From NCBI GenBank assembly GCA_028534125.1, contig CM052817.1:35032001-35096000 (forward strand): DNA of 64,000 nt, read 5' to 3'. This document shows positions 37,289 through 50,175 of the stretch, piece after piece. Source of the DNA: Lama glama (Eukaryota). The position numbers and the translations under genes were made by a program. Each line of letters starts with the position of its first letter. Positions within the stretch are counted from its first letter, which is position 1. The notes below the pieces were generated by a model that saw only the letters and a list, made by a program, of their open reading frames with translations, was not told the DNA's origin and made no database searches.

Positions 37289-37660
37289 TGTTGTGGGTTG
37301 AATTACGTCACTACCAAAATTCACATGTTGAAGTCCTAACCCCTATTATCTCAGAATGTGATGCTATTTGGAGATTAAGTCTTTACAGAGGTAATTGAGT
37401 TAAAATGAGGTTGGGCCCTAATCCAGTATTAGTATCCTTACAAGAAAAGCAAAGTCGGACTCAGACACACACAGAGGAAGACAATGTGAAGACACAGGGG
37501 AAAGATAGCCATGGATAAGCCAAGGAGGGAGTCCAGAAGAAATCAACCCTGCCTTGATCATGGACTTACAGCTTCCACAACTGTGAGAAAATAGTTTTTT
37601 TGTTGTTTAAGCCTCACAGTCAGTGGGACTGTGTTACAGGAGCTCCAGCACACGGGCACA
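37289..37660 (+). mobile_element. MLT1B-like MaLR solo LTR
   Basis: tgttgtgggttgaatt...aaaattcacatgttgaagtcctaacccc...; homologous to 14680-15064. Confidence 0.9.
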
Positions 37661-38332
37661 CATGTCATGTGTGAGCAAGAGGATAAAACACAAGATTTCA
37701 TAGATAAATTAGTAAATGCAAATTTTAAAACCTTAAGTTAGATTATACATGATCTGAGTGGGGAAAACCAAGGCTTATCCCCCCTGTCGCCAGTGCCAGA
37801 GCCCCAGCTGAGACGGGGGAGCATGAAGTACAGTAGAAAACCATGAGATTTTTAGATCTGGAAAGGAAGGACCTTAGGCACCATCTCTTGCAGCCTCCTT
37901 ATTTATAGAGGAGGCAGCCAACACCAGGAGCACATGGAGGGTTCATTCAGGGCTGCAGTTAGTTACGGGCACATCTGTGCCCAGGTGTCTCCCTTTCTGG
38001 TTCAGGCCATGCCCACCTCCTTCTCTTCCCAATGCTGTGTGTGCATACACATCAGCAGTTCTGCTGTTTTGGTATTTTTGATTTAGAAAAGCAACCTGTT
38101 TTTCTTTCTCCCTTACTCCTGTCCTTTTTTGTGTGTGTTAAGAATATTTTTCTATATACAAAAAAGCATAAAGATAATATAGTAATTACCTTGTGCATCC
38201 ACCACCTACTTGAACCTGTTAAAATATTACAAATCAAGTTAAAGCCCCTTCTCTGGTCATATTTCCCTCCCTTCCCCTAGCGATGACTAGTTTTCCCATG
38301 TACTTTTGTACTTTTATCAAAAATGAATGTAT

Positions 38333-38536
38333 TACTCTATGTATAAAGCAGATAAACAACAAGGACCTACTTATAACACAGGGAGCTATATTCAGTTTCT
38401 TATAATAACCTATAATGGAAAAGAATGTGAAAAGAAAAAAGAACACATATGTATATGCATAACTGACTCGCTTTGCGATACACCTGAAACTAACATTGTA
38501 AATCAAATACACGTCAATAAAAAATTTAAAATTTTT
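38333..38536 (+). mobile_element. 5'-truncated L1 3'UTR
   Basis: gataaacaacaaggacctac...acagggagctatattcag...acctgaaactaacattgtaaatcaa...aataaaaa. Confidence 0.88.
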
Positions 38537-38632
38537 AAATGCATTTATTACTAAACAATAAATAGTGTCATTATACATATCTTAAACATTACATAAAAGA
38601 TATCATGTCAAGTATATCCTCAATTTGTTTTT

Positions 38633-38764
38633 TTAAGTTTTCTTTGTGGGAGGAGGTAGTTAGGTCTATTTATTTATTTCTTTTTAAAGGAGGTGCTGTG
38701 GATTGGACCCCAGACCTCATGCATGCTAGGCATGTGCTCTACCACTTGAGCTATCCCCTCGCCC
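38633..38764 (-). mobile_element. vic-1-like SINE, long form
   Basis: TSD cctcaatttgttttt (38618-38632) / cctcagtttgttttt (38763-38777). Confidence 0.88.
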
Positions 38765-39689
38765 TCAGTTTGTTTTTATCCCGCTCAGTGTCGCTTAAGA
38801 GGTCTGTCCTTGTTGCTGTATACGTGCTCCATTGTGTTCATTCCCACCGCGGTCTAGGTGTCCTTGTTATGACTGTGCTATCTTTCTGTAGCCTTCTGCT
38901 GATATTTAGGCTGTTCTATTTCGTTCAGAAATGCTGCTGCTGTAACTAGTCTTACGTATGTTTCCTTGTGCGTAAACGTCCCACGTGTGAAAGTTTATTT
39001 AGCGTAGGCATCTGTGGGTGGAATTGCTAAATCATGGGTTGTGTACATGTTCAGTCTCTCCAGATACTGCCCAACTGCGCTGCAAAGTGGCAGTACTGGT
39101 TTACACTCCTCCTTAATAGTATGAGGTCCTGTTCCACATCCTTGCCGGCAGTGGTTTTGTGTCAGTTGAATGCATTTTAATTTCTCTAATTGTTAATGAA
39201 CATTAACATCTTTCCCATATTTATTGGCCACTTGGGTTTTTGAAGTGTATCTTTTATTTTCTTTCTCTAATCAGAGTCCCAGGACCACAGCAGGAGGAGT
39301 GGTCCATTGCCCATTTCTTCATTTTAAAAAGGCAGAAACGAAAGAAAACACTAGAAAAATGTAGTGACTAGTTCATCATCCCCAAATAGATGAAAAAACT
39401 TCCACAAAATAGTCCACTTTTCTTTCTCTTATACCAAAGAGTCAAATCATGTGTTTGGATGAACTACTTTTTTTTGGTGTCGTTAAGAACAGAGTCCAGA
39501 GCTAAAGAGATGGATCAGAAGAGTTTAATTGGTGAGTGTGTGAGGATTACATATATGCTTTTGTTGGATCAGAATTTTCTGCAAACCCGAATCATCACCT
39601 CCTTGTTGAAAACCGTGTAGGCTCCCCATTGCTTGCTGGAAAGTCAGGACCACTTAACCCAGTCTGCGGGATCGGGCCCCTCCTGTCTC

Positions 39690-40093
39690 TTCAGGCTCTC
39701 CTGGGTCCCTCCTTGGCTCTCCTCCAGCCACACAGGCTTTCTCTTGTCTTCACACTTGCCCAGCCCCTTCCTCTGTGGGGCCCTTAGTTCTCCCTACCTG
39801 CAGCTCTTAGCTCAGTCACTTCCGCAGGGAAGCCTTCCTGGACTTTCCTACTAGACCGCATCCCTGCTTTATGCTCACAAGGCCGTCTGCCTTTCAGAGC
39901 ACTCAGCCACAGTTGTAGATGTTCATTTATGTGTACGATTATTTGTTAAGGTCTCTCTTCCCCGTCCGTCCTCAAGTCTCATGAAATCAGGGACTGTTTT
40001 TGCTCACTCACCATTCCATTCCTAGTTTTTAGCAGTGAGCCTGATATATGGTTGGAACTCAGTCGCTATTTGTAGAATAAGTGAATGAATAAA
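39690..40093 (+). mobile_element. L2 3' end
   Basis: cctccagccacacagg...gggaagccttcctgga...tatttgtagaataagtgaatgaataaat. Confidence 0.75.
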
Positions 40094-41825
40094 TGGTCAG
40101 AGTCTTTAAGAAGTTCATCTTACCTAACTCCCTGGAGGAAAACTATATCTAATTGGGCTCACACATTTCCTTCTCAGTCTAGCCCTGTGCTGCATTTCTC
40201 AGGAAAAGAGCAATACCAGATGGGCTGTATTAAAGACTGACATTCATGCCTCAAAGGATATGGCAAGGCGATAGACAGAATAGCAGAAAAGGGGGGAAAA
40301 TGAATTAGCCATTGGGAGGGGGCATGCTGGATCAATAGCTCCCTAATCAGGCAGCCCTCAGAATGGGCCATGTGAGCTTTGAGGGCTTCCAGTGCAGCTG
40401 GCTGGCTGGATTTTGTTACTTTAATCCTTAAAGAATAATGGAACTCCTGGCAGAGTCGAAATGGTGAGAGCCTAGTCCAACTCTAAACCTTGCTTTTATT
40501 ATTAGGCTTTCTATTCCATGTCTTTTGTAATCTCAGCATTACCTAAAATAGAGGAGGAGACATCGCTACCTTTTTGAAGGCATATCCACAGTTCTTAAAA
40601 CATTAAATAGCTATAATTCTTCTCTGTTATTAATTCACCATCAAAAGAAATACATTCTCCTTGAACTGTTCGCTAAGCAATTGGTAGTCAACACGTATTT
40701 TCAAGATAGATGATAATGAATTGTCATATTTTTCTGTTTAGCTTTGGTATCTATTTCTTGGGCAGGGAGTTAAGAACTTCTGCAAGTCTTCACTTTGCTC
40801 ACAGCCTTGGGAACTCAGGGTTCTCAATGGAACACACTCTTTGAGCTCTATGTTTTCACTAAAAGCAAAGGGCAACTCTGATGTTGCAAGAATGCCGTGG
40901 ATGAACCTTGAAGCTAATTAAACAAAACCATCTGCCCCCAAGTAATGTCTTATGTTATAGAATAGAAGATACTTGCCTGTAGTATATTATTAATCTTTCA
41001 GAGGACTCTTTAAGGTAGTTATTATGAGCATCCAGTTATTTTGATTTTTGAAGAAGTAAAAATAACTGAAACAGGGAGCTTGAGTTGTTTCATGTATTAG
41101 GAGCGAAGTGCACACTTAAATCGGTTTTCATGTTTAATTAAATAATGGAACCTACTAATGTGTAATTAAAGGACCTACCTCATGTGAGGTAACAGAAGTA
41201 AGTATACAGGGTTAGAGCTGGCCTCCCACATAATAAGCTCTATGTTGAGTGTTACTTATTATTTATTGTTATTACTATTATCTGATGCCTTTCACTATAG
41301 CAAACCTACGTAGTCTTTTTCAGTGAAGAAAGAGCATCCTTTCCAATCCTTTAATACCTTTGTTTTCTGTCAAAATGTATGGAGTCTGAACATGAACTAG
41401 AATATGATTCTAAATGTGGAATATCTATGGTATTTGCTGGACATTATTACATCTGATCCTAATCCCTTCCTTCTGTTGCTGATACTCTGCAAATCCATCC
41501 CCAGAAAATTGAATTCTTTCTTCTGAGCTTTGGGCGAGTGTTTCCAAGTCATCCTTCTTGTGACCTCTGACTTCCTTTGGGGTTCTTTTTCTAACACCAA
41601 GCTCTTATCCTCATTAAAACCTACTTTCTGGAAAGTTGCTGTGTGTTATGTTGAAGTTACTATGTTAGAGTTTGGTCTCTCGAGGAGGACTGTCAGACCA
41701 GAGTGAAAAGTTGTGCTGGGCATTTTTCTGGGCTGCTTCCTTTCTGACCTCCCAGTTGGGAGCTTGGATGCAGAGGCCAACTTTCCCTGCAAGTCTGGGC
41801 TTCTTGTCTTTTTAAAGCTCTTTAT

Positions 41826-42620
41826 TTTTTATTTTATTAAAAAAATTTTTTTTTATTGAAGTACAGTCAGTTACAATGTGTCAGTTTCTGGGGTACAGCA
41901 CAATGTCCTAGTCATGCATATACATATAGATACTCATTTTCATATTCTTTTTCATTAAAGGTTATTACAAGATACTGAATATAGTTCCCTGTGCTATACA
42001 GAAGAAACTTGGGTTTTTTAAAAATCTATTTTTATGTATAGTGGCTAACATTTGCAAATCTCAAACTCCTAAGTTTATCCCTTCCCACCCCTTTCCCGGT
42101 AACCATAAGATTGTTTACTATGTCTGTGAATCTGTTTCTGTTTTGTAGATGAGTTCATAGTGTCCTTTTTCTTTCATTTTTTTTTAGAGTCCACATATGA
42201 GTGATAGCATATGGTATTTTTCTTTCTCTTTCTGGCTTACTTCACTCAGAATGACGGTCTCTAGGTCCATCCATGTTGCTGCAAATGGCATTTTTTATTC
42301 TTTTTGTGGCTGAGTAGTATTCCATTGTATAAATATACCACAGCTTCTTTATTCAGTCATTGGTCGATGAACATTTAGGTTGCTTCCGTGTTTTGGCTAT
42401 TGTATATTGTGCTCCTATGAACATTGGGGTGCGTGTATCTTTTTGAACTAGAGTTCCCTCTGGATATATGCCCAGGAGTGGGATTGCTGGATCATATGAT
42501 AAGTCTGTTTTTAGTTTTTTGAAGAATCTCCATACTGTTTTCCACAGTGGCTGCACCAAACTGCATTCCCTTCAGCAGTATAGGAAGGTTCCCTTTTCTC
42601 CACATCCTCTGCATTATTTA
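41826..42620 (-). mobile_element. L1 3' end (ORF2 C-terminus plus 3'UTR)
   Basis: Remnant [35 protein letters not shown] ttaaagctctttat (41812-41825) / ttaaagctgtttat (42621-42634). Confidence 0.95.
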
Positions 42621-43414
42621 TTAAAGCTGTTTATAATTTCATTTGTCCCCAGGCCACACATCTTCAAGCCAAACCATCTCTGTCCTTTCAACTTCTGCTG
42701 GAGGTGGGAAGGGCCTGTGGGATCCTCAGAATTCTAAACTGTAAATAGCCAAAAGCACGGTGAGAGGAGACATGAAGTTCATGTCTCAAGAGTGGATCCT
42801 ACTCTGCAGAATTAAAAAATGAAACTCTGGAGACCGCTAGTGTTTAAAAGCACTTGTCCTTATTGAGGGAGATCTATGTTTTTCTTTACCTTTCTGACAC
42901 TGTCAGTCTGAATAGTGTATTTGGAAAGTTCCTGGGCTAGCAAGATGGATTTATTCCATTCTGCAAACCTTTTCAGTGTTAGTTGTGTGGAAATTTTCTC
43001 ATCAGCCTTAAGAAAGCTATTTTATAGTCAGAGCAGGTCACAGAGTTCCCCAAAGCAAATAGTAGGCCAGCTTATCTGAGTGCAAGAAGGGAAATCATTA
43101 TTCTTTTTTCCTCTTTTTTCTTGGTTCCTCTGTAATAGGTTGCCCTTTAATAATCAGATCTCATTTGAGTTGTACAAGAACATGAGAACTTTTAATGAAC
43201 ACCATTGAACTATGAAGGTTGTCCTTGTGGAAAAGCACAAATATATTTACTAGAAAACCACAAAGCATATTTAAGGCCAAGCTCTGTTTTCACACTAAGG
43301 CTATGCAACGTAAGATAATAGTGCCTTGGGTGGTACCAGAGATAATTGGTGAAACTTGCCAACCATGCACATGAATTTCTAGAGGAGGCAGTGGACATAA
43401 TATTTGAAGAGCAA

Positions 43415-43600
43415 CAGTGGCTAAGTCAGACAGCCTGGCCACTTACTGTATGACCTTGGACAGGTTATTGCCCTCTTAGTGCCTCCATATCTCCCCTCTG
43501 TACAATGGGGGCAGTGATGGTACCCACTTTACAGGGTTACTGCTTTTTGATAATGCACTCAACAGTGTCTGGCACATATTTCATAAATTTTAGTGACTGT
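43415..43600 (+). mobile_element. MIR SINE
   Basis: ccacttactgtatgaccttggacaggttatt...ctctgtacaatggggg...cagtgtctggcacata. Confidence 0.75.
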
Positions 43601-44309
43601 TATTCCTTTTCTTCTCTTTTCTTGTTTCTAAACCTATACTTTTTTCCATTTCTTCTTTCCTCTTTCCAGTTTTCCAACTTCTCATTTCTTTAGTTTTTGG
43701 TTCCCTCAGGGCCCACCAGCACTGGCGGTCCTTTTGGTCCATTCAGGGCTCCCTCTTGTAGTGAAAATGGGGTGTCCTTTTCATTTATGGAGTTTCCAAT
43801 TTAGAGCTTAGTCTTCAGATCATCCAATCCAGATATGTATTCTACTTTTGGGAAGGTGAACACAAATGTTGTCGTTTCTGAGATGGGCATTTACTGCTGG
43901 GAGGCAAGATGAAAATGGATTGATAGAGGTGATGGGGTTGACACATTGTATATGATTTTTTTCCTTGTCAGGGAGGTACCTATATTTTTGTACAAGCTAA
44001 GATTCAAACATTAGATCATTGCTAGTTACTTGCCAAATTTTTAGTCTTATTTAACAAAAGGAGCCATAAAACCACTATGTATTTAGATCCCCAGACTGTG
44101 TTAGACCTAAGGATGTTGAAAATCCTGTTGCCTTGGATGACTACTTATTTTTGAAGTTTTCAGGAGGAAAAGGTCCCTTTTCTGTTTGTTTTAGATGGAA
44201 TACAGGAAAAACAGTAAACAAGTTAATCCAGAGCACCTCCTTTTGGTTAAAATGGGCTAATTAACTTAATTGCTTGCCTGCCTGCTACCTTTTCTCAATT
44301 ACAAAGGGA

Positions 44310-45605
44310 AAAATACTACATTTACAGTTGAGAAACATGAGAGACACCATCTTAACTAAGTGATCAAGATTAAGACCTCCAGGAGTGTAAATTGGTGCAG
44401 CAATTATGGAAAACAATGTGGAGGTTCCTTAAAAAAAAACTGAAAATAGAGTTGCCATATGACCCAGCAATCCCACTCCTGGGCATATATCCAGAGAAAT
44501 TTGTAATTTGAAAAGATATATGCATGCCTGTGTTCACAGCAGCACTATTTACAACAGCCAAGACATGGAAGCAACCCAGATGTCCATTGACAGATGACTG
44601 GATAAAGAAGATGCAATATATATACACAATGAACTACTACTTAGTCATAAAAAAGAATGAAATAATGCCATTTATGGCAACATGGATGAACCTAGAGATT
44701 ATTATACAAAATGAAGTAAGTCACATAGAGAAGGACAAATATATGATATCACTTACATGTGGAATCTAAAATATGATACAAATGAACTTATTTACAAAAC
44801 AGAAGTAGACTCACAGACATAGAAAACAAACTTATAGTTACCAAACGGGAAAGGGGGTGAGGAGGGGTAAATTAGGAGTTTGGGATTAGCAGATACACAC
44901 TACTATATATAAAGTAGATAAACAACAAAGTTCTACTGTATAGCATGGGGAATTATATTCAATGTCCTGTAATAAACTATAATGGAAAAGAATGTGATAA
45001 AGAATGTAAGAATATATATACTTATTTGAGTCACTTTGCTGTACACCAGAAGCTAACACATTGTAAATCAACCATACTTTAATTAAAAAAAAAGAGATCA
45101 ACACCACCCAAAATACAATATATTAATATCCTTGATATGATGCACTTTGAAGGACACACATAGTTTCTCTGGTATTTTTGTAAAAATGCATAACCTCAAT
45201 CCAATCATGAGAAAATATCAGACAAACTCAAACTGGGAGGATATACCAAATACTGTGACTTGACTGGTACTCATCCCAGGTATCAAAGTATGAAAGATAA
45301 GGAAAGACTGAGGATCTGTCACAGATTGGAGATTAAGGAGCCATAACAACTAAACGGAGTGTGGGATCCTGGATTGGATCCTGGAACAGAAACGGGTCTT
45401 CAGGGGCAAAACTGGTGAAGCTTGAATAAAGCCAATAGTTTCATTAAGAGTATTATAGCAACATTAACTTTCTGGCTTTGCTAATTTTGCCATGATTGTG
45501 TATGTTGTTGACGTCAGAGAAAGTGGAGTGAAAGTTATGTATGCACTGTAAAATTCTTGCAGCACTTGTGTAAATTTAAAATTATTTCAAAATTAAACAT
45601 GAAAA
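44310..45605 (+). mobile_element. L1MC-type 3' end, split by a younger L1
   Basis: gagaaac...caccatcttaactaagtgatcaag | aaaatgcataacctcaatccaatcatgagaaaatatcagacaaac...ggatcctggattggatcctggaacagaaa. Confidence 0.75.
44381..45093 (+). mobile_element. L1 3' end (ORF2 C-terminus plus 3'UTR)
   Basis: Remnant [30 protein letters not shown]-tail at about 45085-45093. Confidence 0.95.
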
Positions 45606-45624
45606 AGAAGGAATTAAAATACCA

Positions 45625-47010
45625 TAGGTAAATAAAAAATATAATGAAGAGGTTTGGAAGATAAAGTTGAGGAAAACTCTCAGAAGACAGAGGAAAAAAG
45701 ACAAAGATAAAAAATTTAAGAAAGTTAGAATATCAGTATTGGAGGCCCAACAACCCAATCACAGGAGATGCACAAAGGAGTAATGGAAGGAAGAAAGTTA
45801 TCAAAGAAATATTTCACAGATTCCCAGAACTGGGGGTCATGAGCTTCTGTATTGAAAAGGCCCATTGAGCTCTCAGCACAATAGATGCCAGTGGACCTAT
45901 AAAGAAGACTCCTGGTGTGACATGGCAAAATATCCAGGATAAAGAAGACCTTAACAGCTTCTAGAGAAAAGGGCAAAGCGTTACATACCTAAAGGTAAGA
46001 GAGTCAGAATGGCACTGCTGGAACACAGAGACACAGTAAAGCAGTAGAAAGAATACAGTAAGAAAATGAAACAATGCCATCAAAATTCTGGAGGAAGTAT
46101 TTTCACCCTAGGATTCTATCTTTTGGCAAACAGTGTATGAGGGTAGAATAAATACATTTTCAGGCATTCAAGGTCTCAAAAATTTTACTTCCCAGGAAGT
46201 TACTGGAAGATACGCTTCATCAAAGTGAGGTTGTCAAAAAAGATAGAAAAACACGAAAAGCAAGAAAATAATAGATTTAACACAAAAAATGAGGCAAAGG
46301 GACTCTTCAGGACGACGGTGAAGGAACATCTCAAGATGAGAGCTTTGCTGGAGGGCCGGGGGAAATAGTCCAGATTTGAGCAGATCAGAAATACCAGAGG
46401 CCGTGTCTCCCAGAGGATGAAATTGACAGAATTCTTGATTCAGCTCGTGAAGAGAAGTTGTAGACACTTTGTGGAGAATTTTCAAAATAATTGGTGTTAA
46501 ATACATTAAAAAACGAAAAAAATAAGTCAGTCCCTGAAGGTGGGGTTAAGGTGGGAATAGGAGTTTTTCAAGAAAAGAAGAATTATTAGCGTACCACATG
46601 GCTCAGCAGTAAATAGCATTTACGCGATGATAATGTAGACTTCGAATATAGAACCATTCAGAACGATGGTATAACTATAGTGGGAGGATGAGAAGTGGGG
46701 GTGTGTGCGTGTGGCTTGGGAGGAGGGTTGATTTCCATAATGGGAAAGCAAAAGATAATAAACTCTTATAGCTAAAAAGAAATCAAGAGTAGCAACATAG
46801 CTTTGCCTTTGAAGATACGGAGATCAGTGCCAAAAGAAACAACGAAGAAGTTTGAATGTGGTTGCCTCTGGGAAGTGGGAAAAATGGGATGGGAAGACAC
46901 TGCTTGTGTAATGAGCCTTGCAGAACTATTTGATTCTTTAAACTGCCTGTATGTGTAACTTTGGTGTCAGGAAACATAAATATAAAAAAGGAAAGCAATT
47001 AAATAAAAGT
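45625..47010 (+). mobile_element. HAL1-like (half-L1) element
   Basis: Decayed ORF1-like region (cctaggattctat...gagggtagaataaatacattttcagg...gaagttactggaagat) runs directly into a 3' tail (gtggttgcctctggg...gaactatttgattctttaaact) with no ORF2. Confidence 0.7.
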
Positions 47011-48529
47011 GAAAACTAGTGCCCCAAATAGAAGTTACTTGAGAAGTTTAAAATATGTAATTTGCCCGAAGAAGTGAATTTTTTATGGTCCCAAGTGGCA
47101 ACCATAAGACTAAAGAAAAGAACGATGAAAAGCAGCTGAAGGATTTGTTAGAGGCACCGACTTTGTGTACATGACAATTTGCCAGTTGTCCTGGTTACCT
47201 AAACCTTCTTCAAAACCTTTTGTTTTCTTTGAGGAAAAAAAGACACTCATAGGCTAACATAGAAATTGCACCTAAACCATATTGTTTGAAATCCATGTTT
47301 AACCCAGTCCTTTGCTCTCCTTCACCCCCATTTCTTCTGGCCAGCGGGGGGTCGGGCATGGTGTTTGTTTGTACTGGGGTCCTGGTTTTTTAAGTTAGTT
47401 TCAATTTTAGTAATTAGGCTAAGTTAATCTTTGGTTTGAAAATACAGCCACTGTGACTAAAGGTTTTGGATCTAAGACAAAAAAAAATCATAGTATAGAC
47501 TTAAGTGTGTCTGTCTGTCTGTTAGAGTCTGATTATAATGTTGCAAACAGTGTATTAAGGTCACTGCGATCTTAATGTGGACTTTGCTCTAATAGCTTGA
47601 TTCGATTAGCTAAGTTGCTGTATTAATAAAAATCCTTGTTTCTAAGTTTGTTGTTTTAAGTTTTTGTTTTTATCTGACAAAATTTACTGCCTTATTGTTC
47701 TGGTTAGTCCACTGTCTGTTGTTCTAGTGTGTGATGATAAATAAAAATATCAGTTATCTTTGGTTGTTGATCTTTTCCAAGTGCTAAAATAGAGGTCATT
47801 TGACACCCACTGTTGCACCAGTTTAACTGACAAATGCAAGGTAACTGTGATGTGAAGTGACAGGCAGTAAGCCTTTTTCCTAGTTTGCAAAAAGCTATTC
47901 GGAGATTTAATTGAAAAAACAAAATTCTTTTCCATGGGATGTTTTTAGCGATCATAGAAGGGTTTCACTGGAAGCCATGGGAAGGTATTTCTGCACATTA
48001 TTCCACTTAAAAATAATCTTTTTTGATGCATTTTTAGAGGAGAAATGAAGTTGCTAAGACAATTGAACAAAATTTGTTAGTTTTTATTGCCCTTTGAAAG
48101 GCGTGTGAATCCCTTCTGTCTCATCTTGGCCTCCCCCACCACTCCCCAGTGCCCTGTTGGCACCTGTCATAGCATTTATCTCATGATATACAGACCTGTT
48201 ATCTCTTTATTTCTTGTACCAGACTATAAGCCTCTCAGTCTTCTATTCTTTGTGGTACCTTCAGTGACTAGCACTGTGCCTGGGGATGAAATTAAACAAA
48301 TACTTTACAATTTAAATTTTTACAAAAAGGGATTCTTTTCTATGAACAGATCACAGTAGGCATTTTCCATACTGGACATCTCCAAAGCCTTTCTTGTGTA
48401 AGTAAATGCACTGGAGGCCCTCCATAATAAATTCCAGAAAAGATTCCCTTCCTTCTAAAGACTCCCATCTCCCTTCTAAAAAAAATTTACCTCTCATGGA
48501 GGATCATTGAAGTCCAAAAATGTGTACTG

Positions 48530-49025
48530 AGTATAAGACCATTTTGGAATATGTCCAGCTATAAATAACCAAAATCCTAAAAGTGGCTTAAGCAAGTCAG
48601 GCTGTTACTTGTCTCACATAATGAAATGTCTAGGGTGTACAGACCGTGGCTGATCTGGTGGCTCTGTGATGTTGCCATGGACTTGGTTTCCTTCTCTTCT
48701 TATGTTCCTCCTTGTAGATCTTGTTCTCATACTTGTCAGTAGGTGTCCATCACATCCCCAGGTGTCGCCTGCACATTTCAGACAAGAAGAAGGGGAAGAA
48801 GGGCAAAGGGCTGACGGGCATCCAAGAGAATCCAGCCCCTTTCACAGATGTTCATAAAGGCAGTCCATTGACTCTGCTTACACCTCATTTGCCAGAAATG
48901 GGTCATGGCCGTGCATAGCTGCAAGGGAGTCTGAGAAGATAAGTATTTAGCTTTGCAGCATCTGTAGGAAGATGAGGAATAAGTAGATTGTGAATGACTT
49001 TTGGGTAGTCCAACTATGAAATGCA
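48530..49025 (-). mobile_element. MLT1K/L-like MaLR LTR
   Basis: agtggcttaagcaag...tctcacataa...gccagaaatgggtcatggcc...tagctgcaagggagtctgagaa. Confidence 0.7.
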
Positions 49026-49220
49026 TTTCAGAAAACAGATCTTCCTTTAAATATTTCTTTCTCTTTTCAAAACTTTTCTCGAGCACTAATTTTCAAACCG
49101 GAGGGCAAGATTCATTAAAGGGTCATAAACGTCAGTCTAGTCCATTGCTATGATTATTAAAAAGAATGAAATAGAGTAAAATGGAAAAGAATAGAGAATT
49201 ATCAGAGTGTATCTTAACTT

Positions 49221-49262
49221 TTTTTTTACTTTTTTTATTGAGTTATAGTCATTTTACAATGT
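49221..49262 (-). mobile_element. 42-bp L1 3' terminus with 19-bp TSD
   Basis: Perfect TSD tcagagtgtatcttaactt at 49202-49220 and 49263-49281. Insert matches the L1 end at about 9051-9076. Confidence 0.92.
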
Positions 49263-50068
49263 TCAGAGTGTATCTTAACTTGATTAGGGCAAGTGTTTGT
49301 GAAACACCTGTTTCATTTAAATATTTCTATTTATATGTAGTATATGTGTTCTGGGGCACAATGTAAAATACTTCTTACCTGTGCATTCTAGTTAAAAAAA
49401 AACATCGAAAGCCATTGTTCTGGAGAATCATTGATTTTTCCAAGGATTTATTTATTATTACAAGGAATATGACGATCTTATATGAGATAAAGCATGTGCA
49501 TCAATGTTTGTAATCCGGGAAGAAAGCTGTATGTGCTGTAAAAGATACTGATTAAAAAAAAACGCTGTGGAAGGTCACTGGAGTTCAAGTTATAGTAATT
49601 CTAACCCCTGGAGGGGGTGGGGGTGGGGTGAGCAGAGGTTCAGAAAGATCTCTGAAGGGAGTGTGGCATTTGAACTGAGACTTGAAGCATCAGAGGGCTC
49701 TCCTTTTTTCCTGCTCCTGTAAAGCACTGAGCATTGTTCACACCTGTGTTAGAGCTGCTCATGCCTATTTAAGAACACAATGTTTTAGAGCTATAAAGAT
49801 TTTAAAGTACTTTTATTTCACTCTGGACCTATTCATTTTGCCTTAAAAAAAAAAAAGACTGCATTTTCTAAATCCCAGAATATTAGGGTGACTTTTGGAC
49901 AAATCGTCTTTACCTCCAGATCTCAGATAATAATTAATGTTCTTATCTTACTGGAAAAAAATATGATCATGTATGTACTCCTTTATTTTTCCAGTGAGAT
50001 AATGGCAAAGCCTTTATAGAAATAGAAGATTGGTGTTGCCAGCCAGTGAAATAGAGCAAAGTTTGTTT

Positions 50069-50175
50069 GTTTGTTTGTTTGTTTGTTTGTTTATTTAATG
50101 GAGGTTCTGGGGATTGAACCCAGGAGCTCCTGCATGCTAAGCAGGCACTCTACCACTGAACTATTTCTCTCCCCC
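50069..50175 (-). mobile_element. vic-1-like SINE, short form, with (GTTT)n tail
   Basis: TSD agcaaagtttgttt / agcatagtttgttt; (GTTT)8 at 50061-50092. Confidence 0.9.

Larger units (their letters stand above)
38130..39240 (-). mobile_element. Old L1 (L1ME-type), interrupted by a younger L1 and a SINE
   Basis: gtggaattgctaaatcatggg, cagatactgcccaactg...caaagtgg...ccacatccttgcc. Confidence 0.7.
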
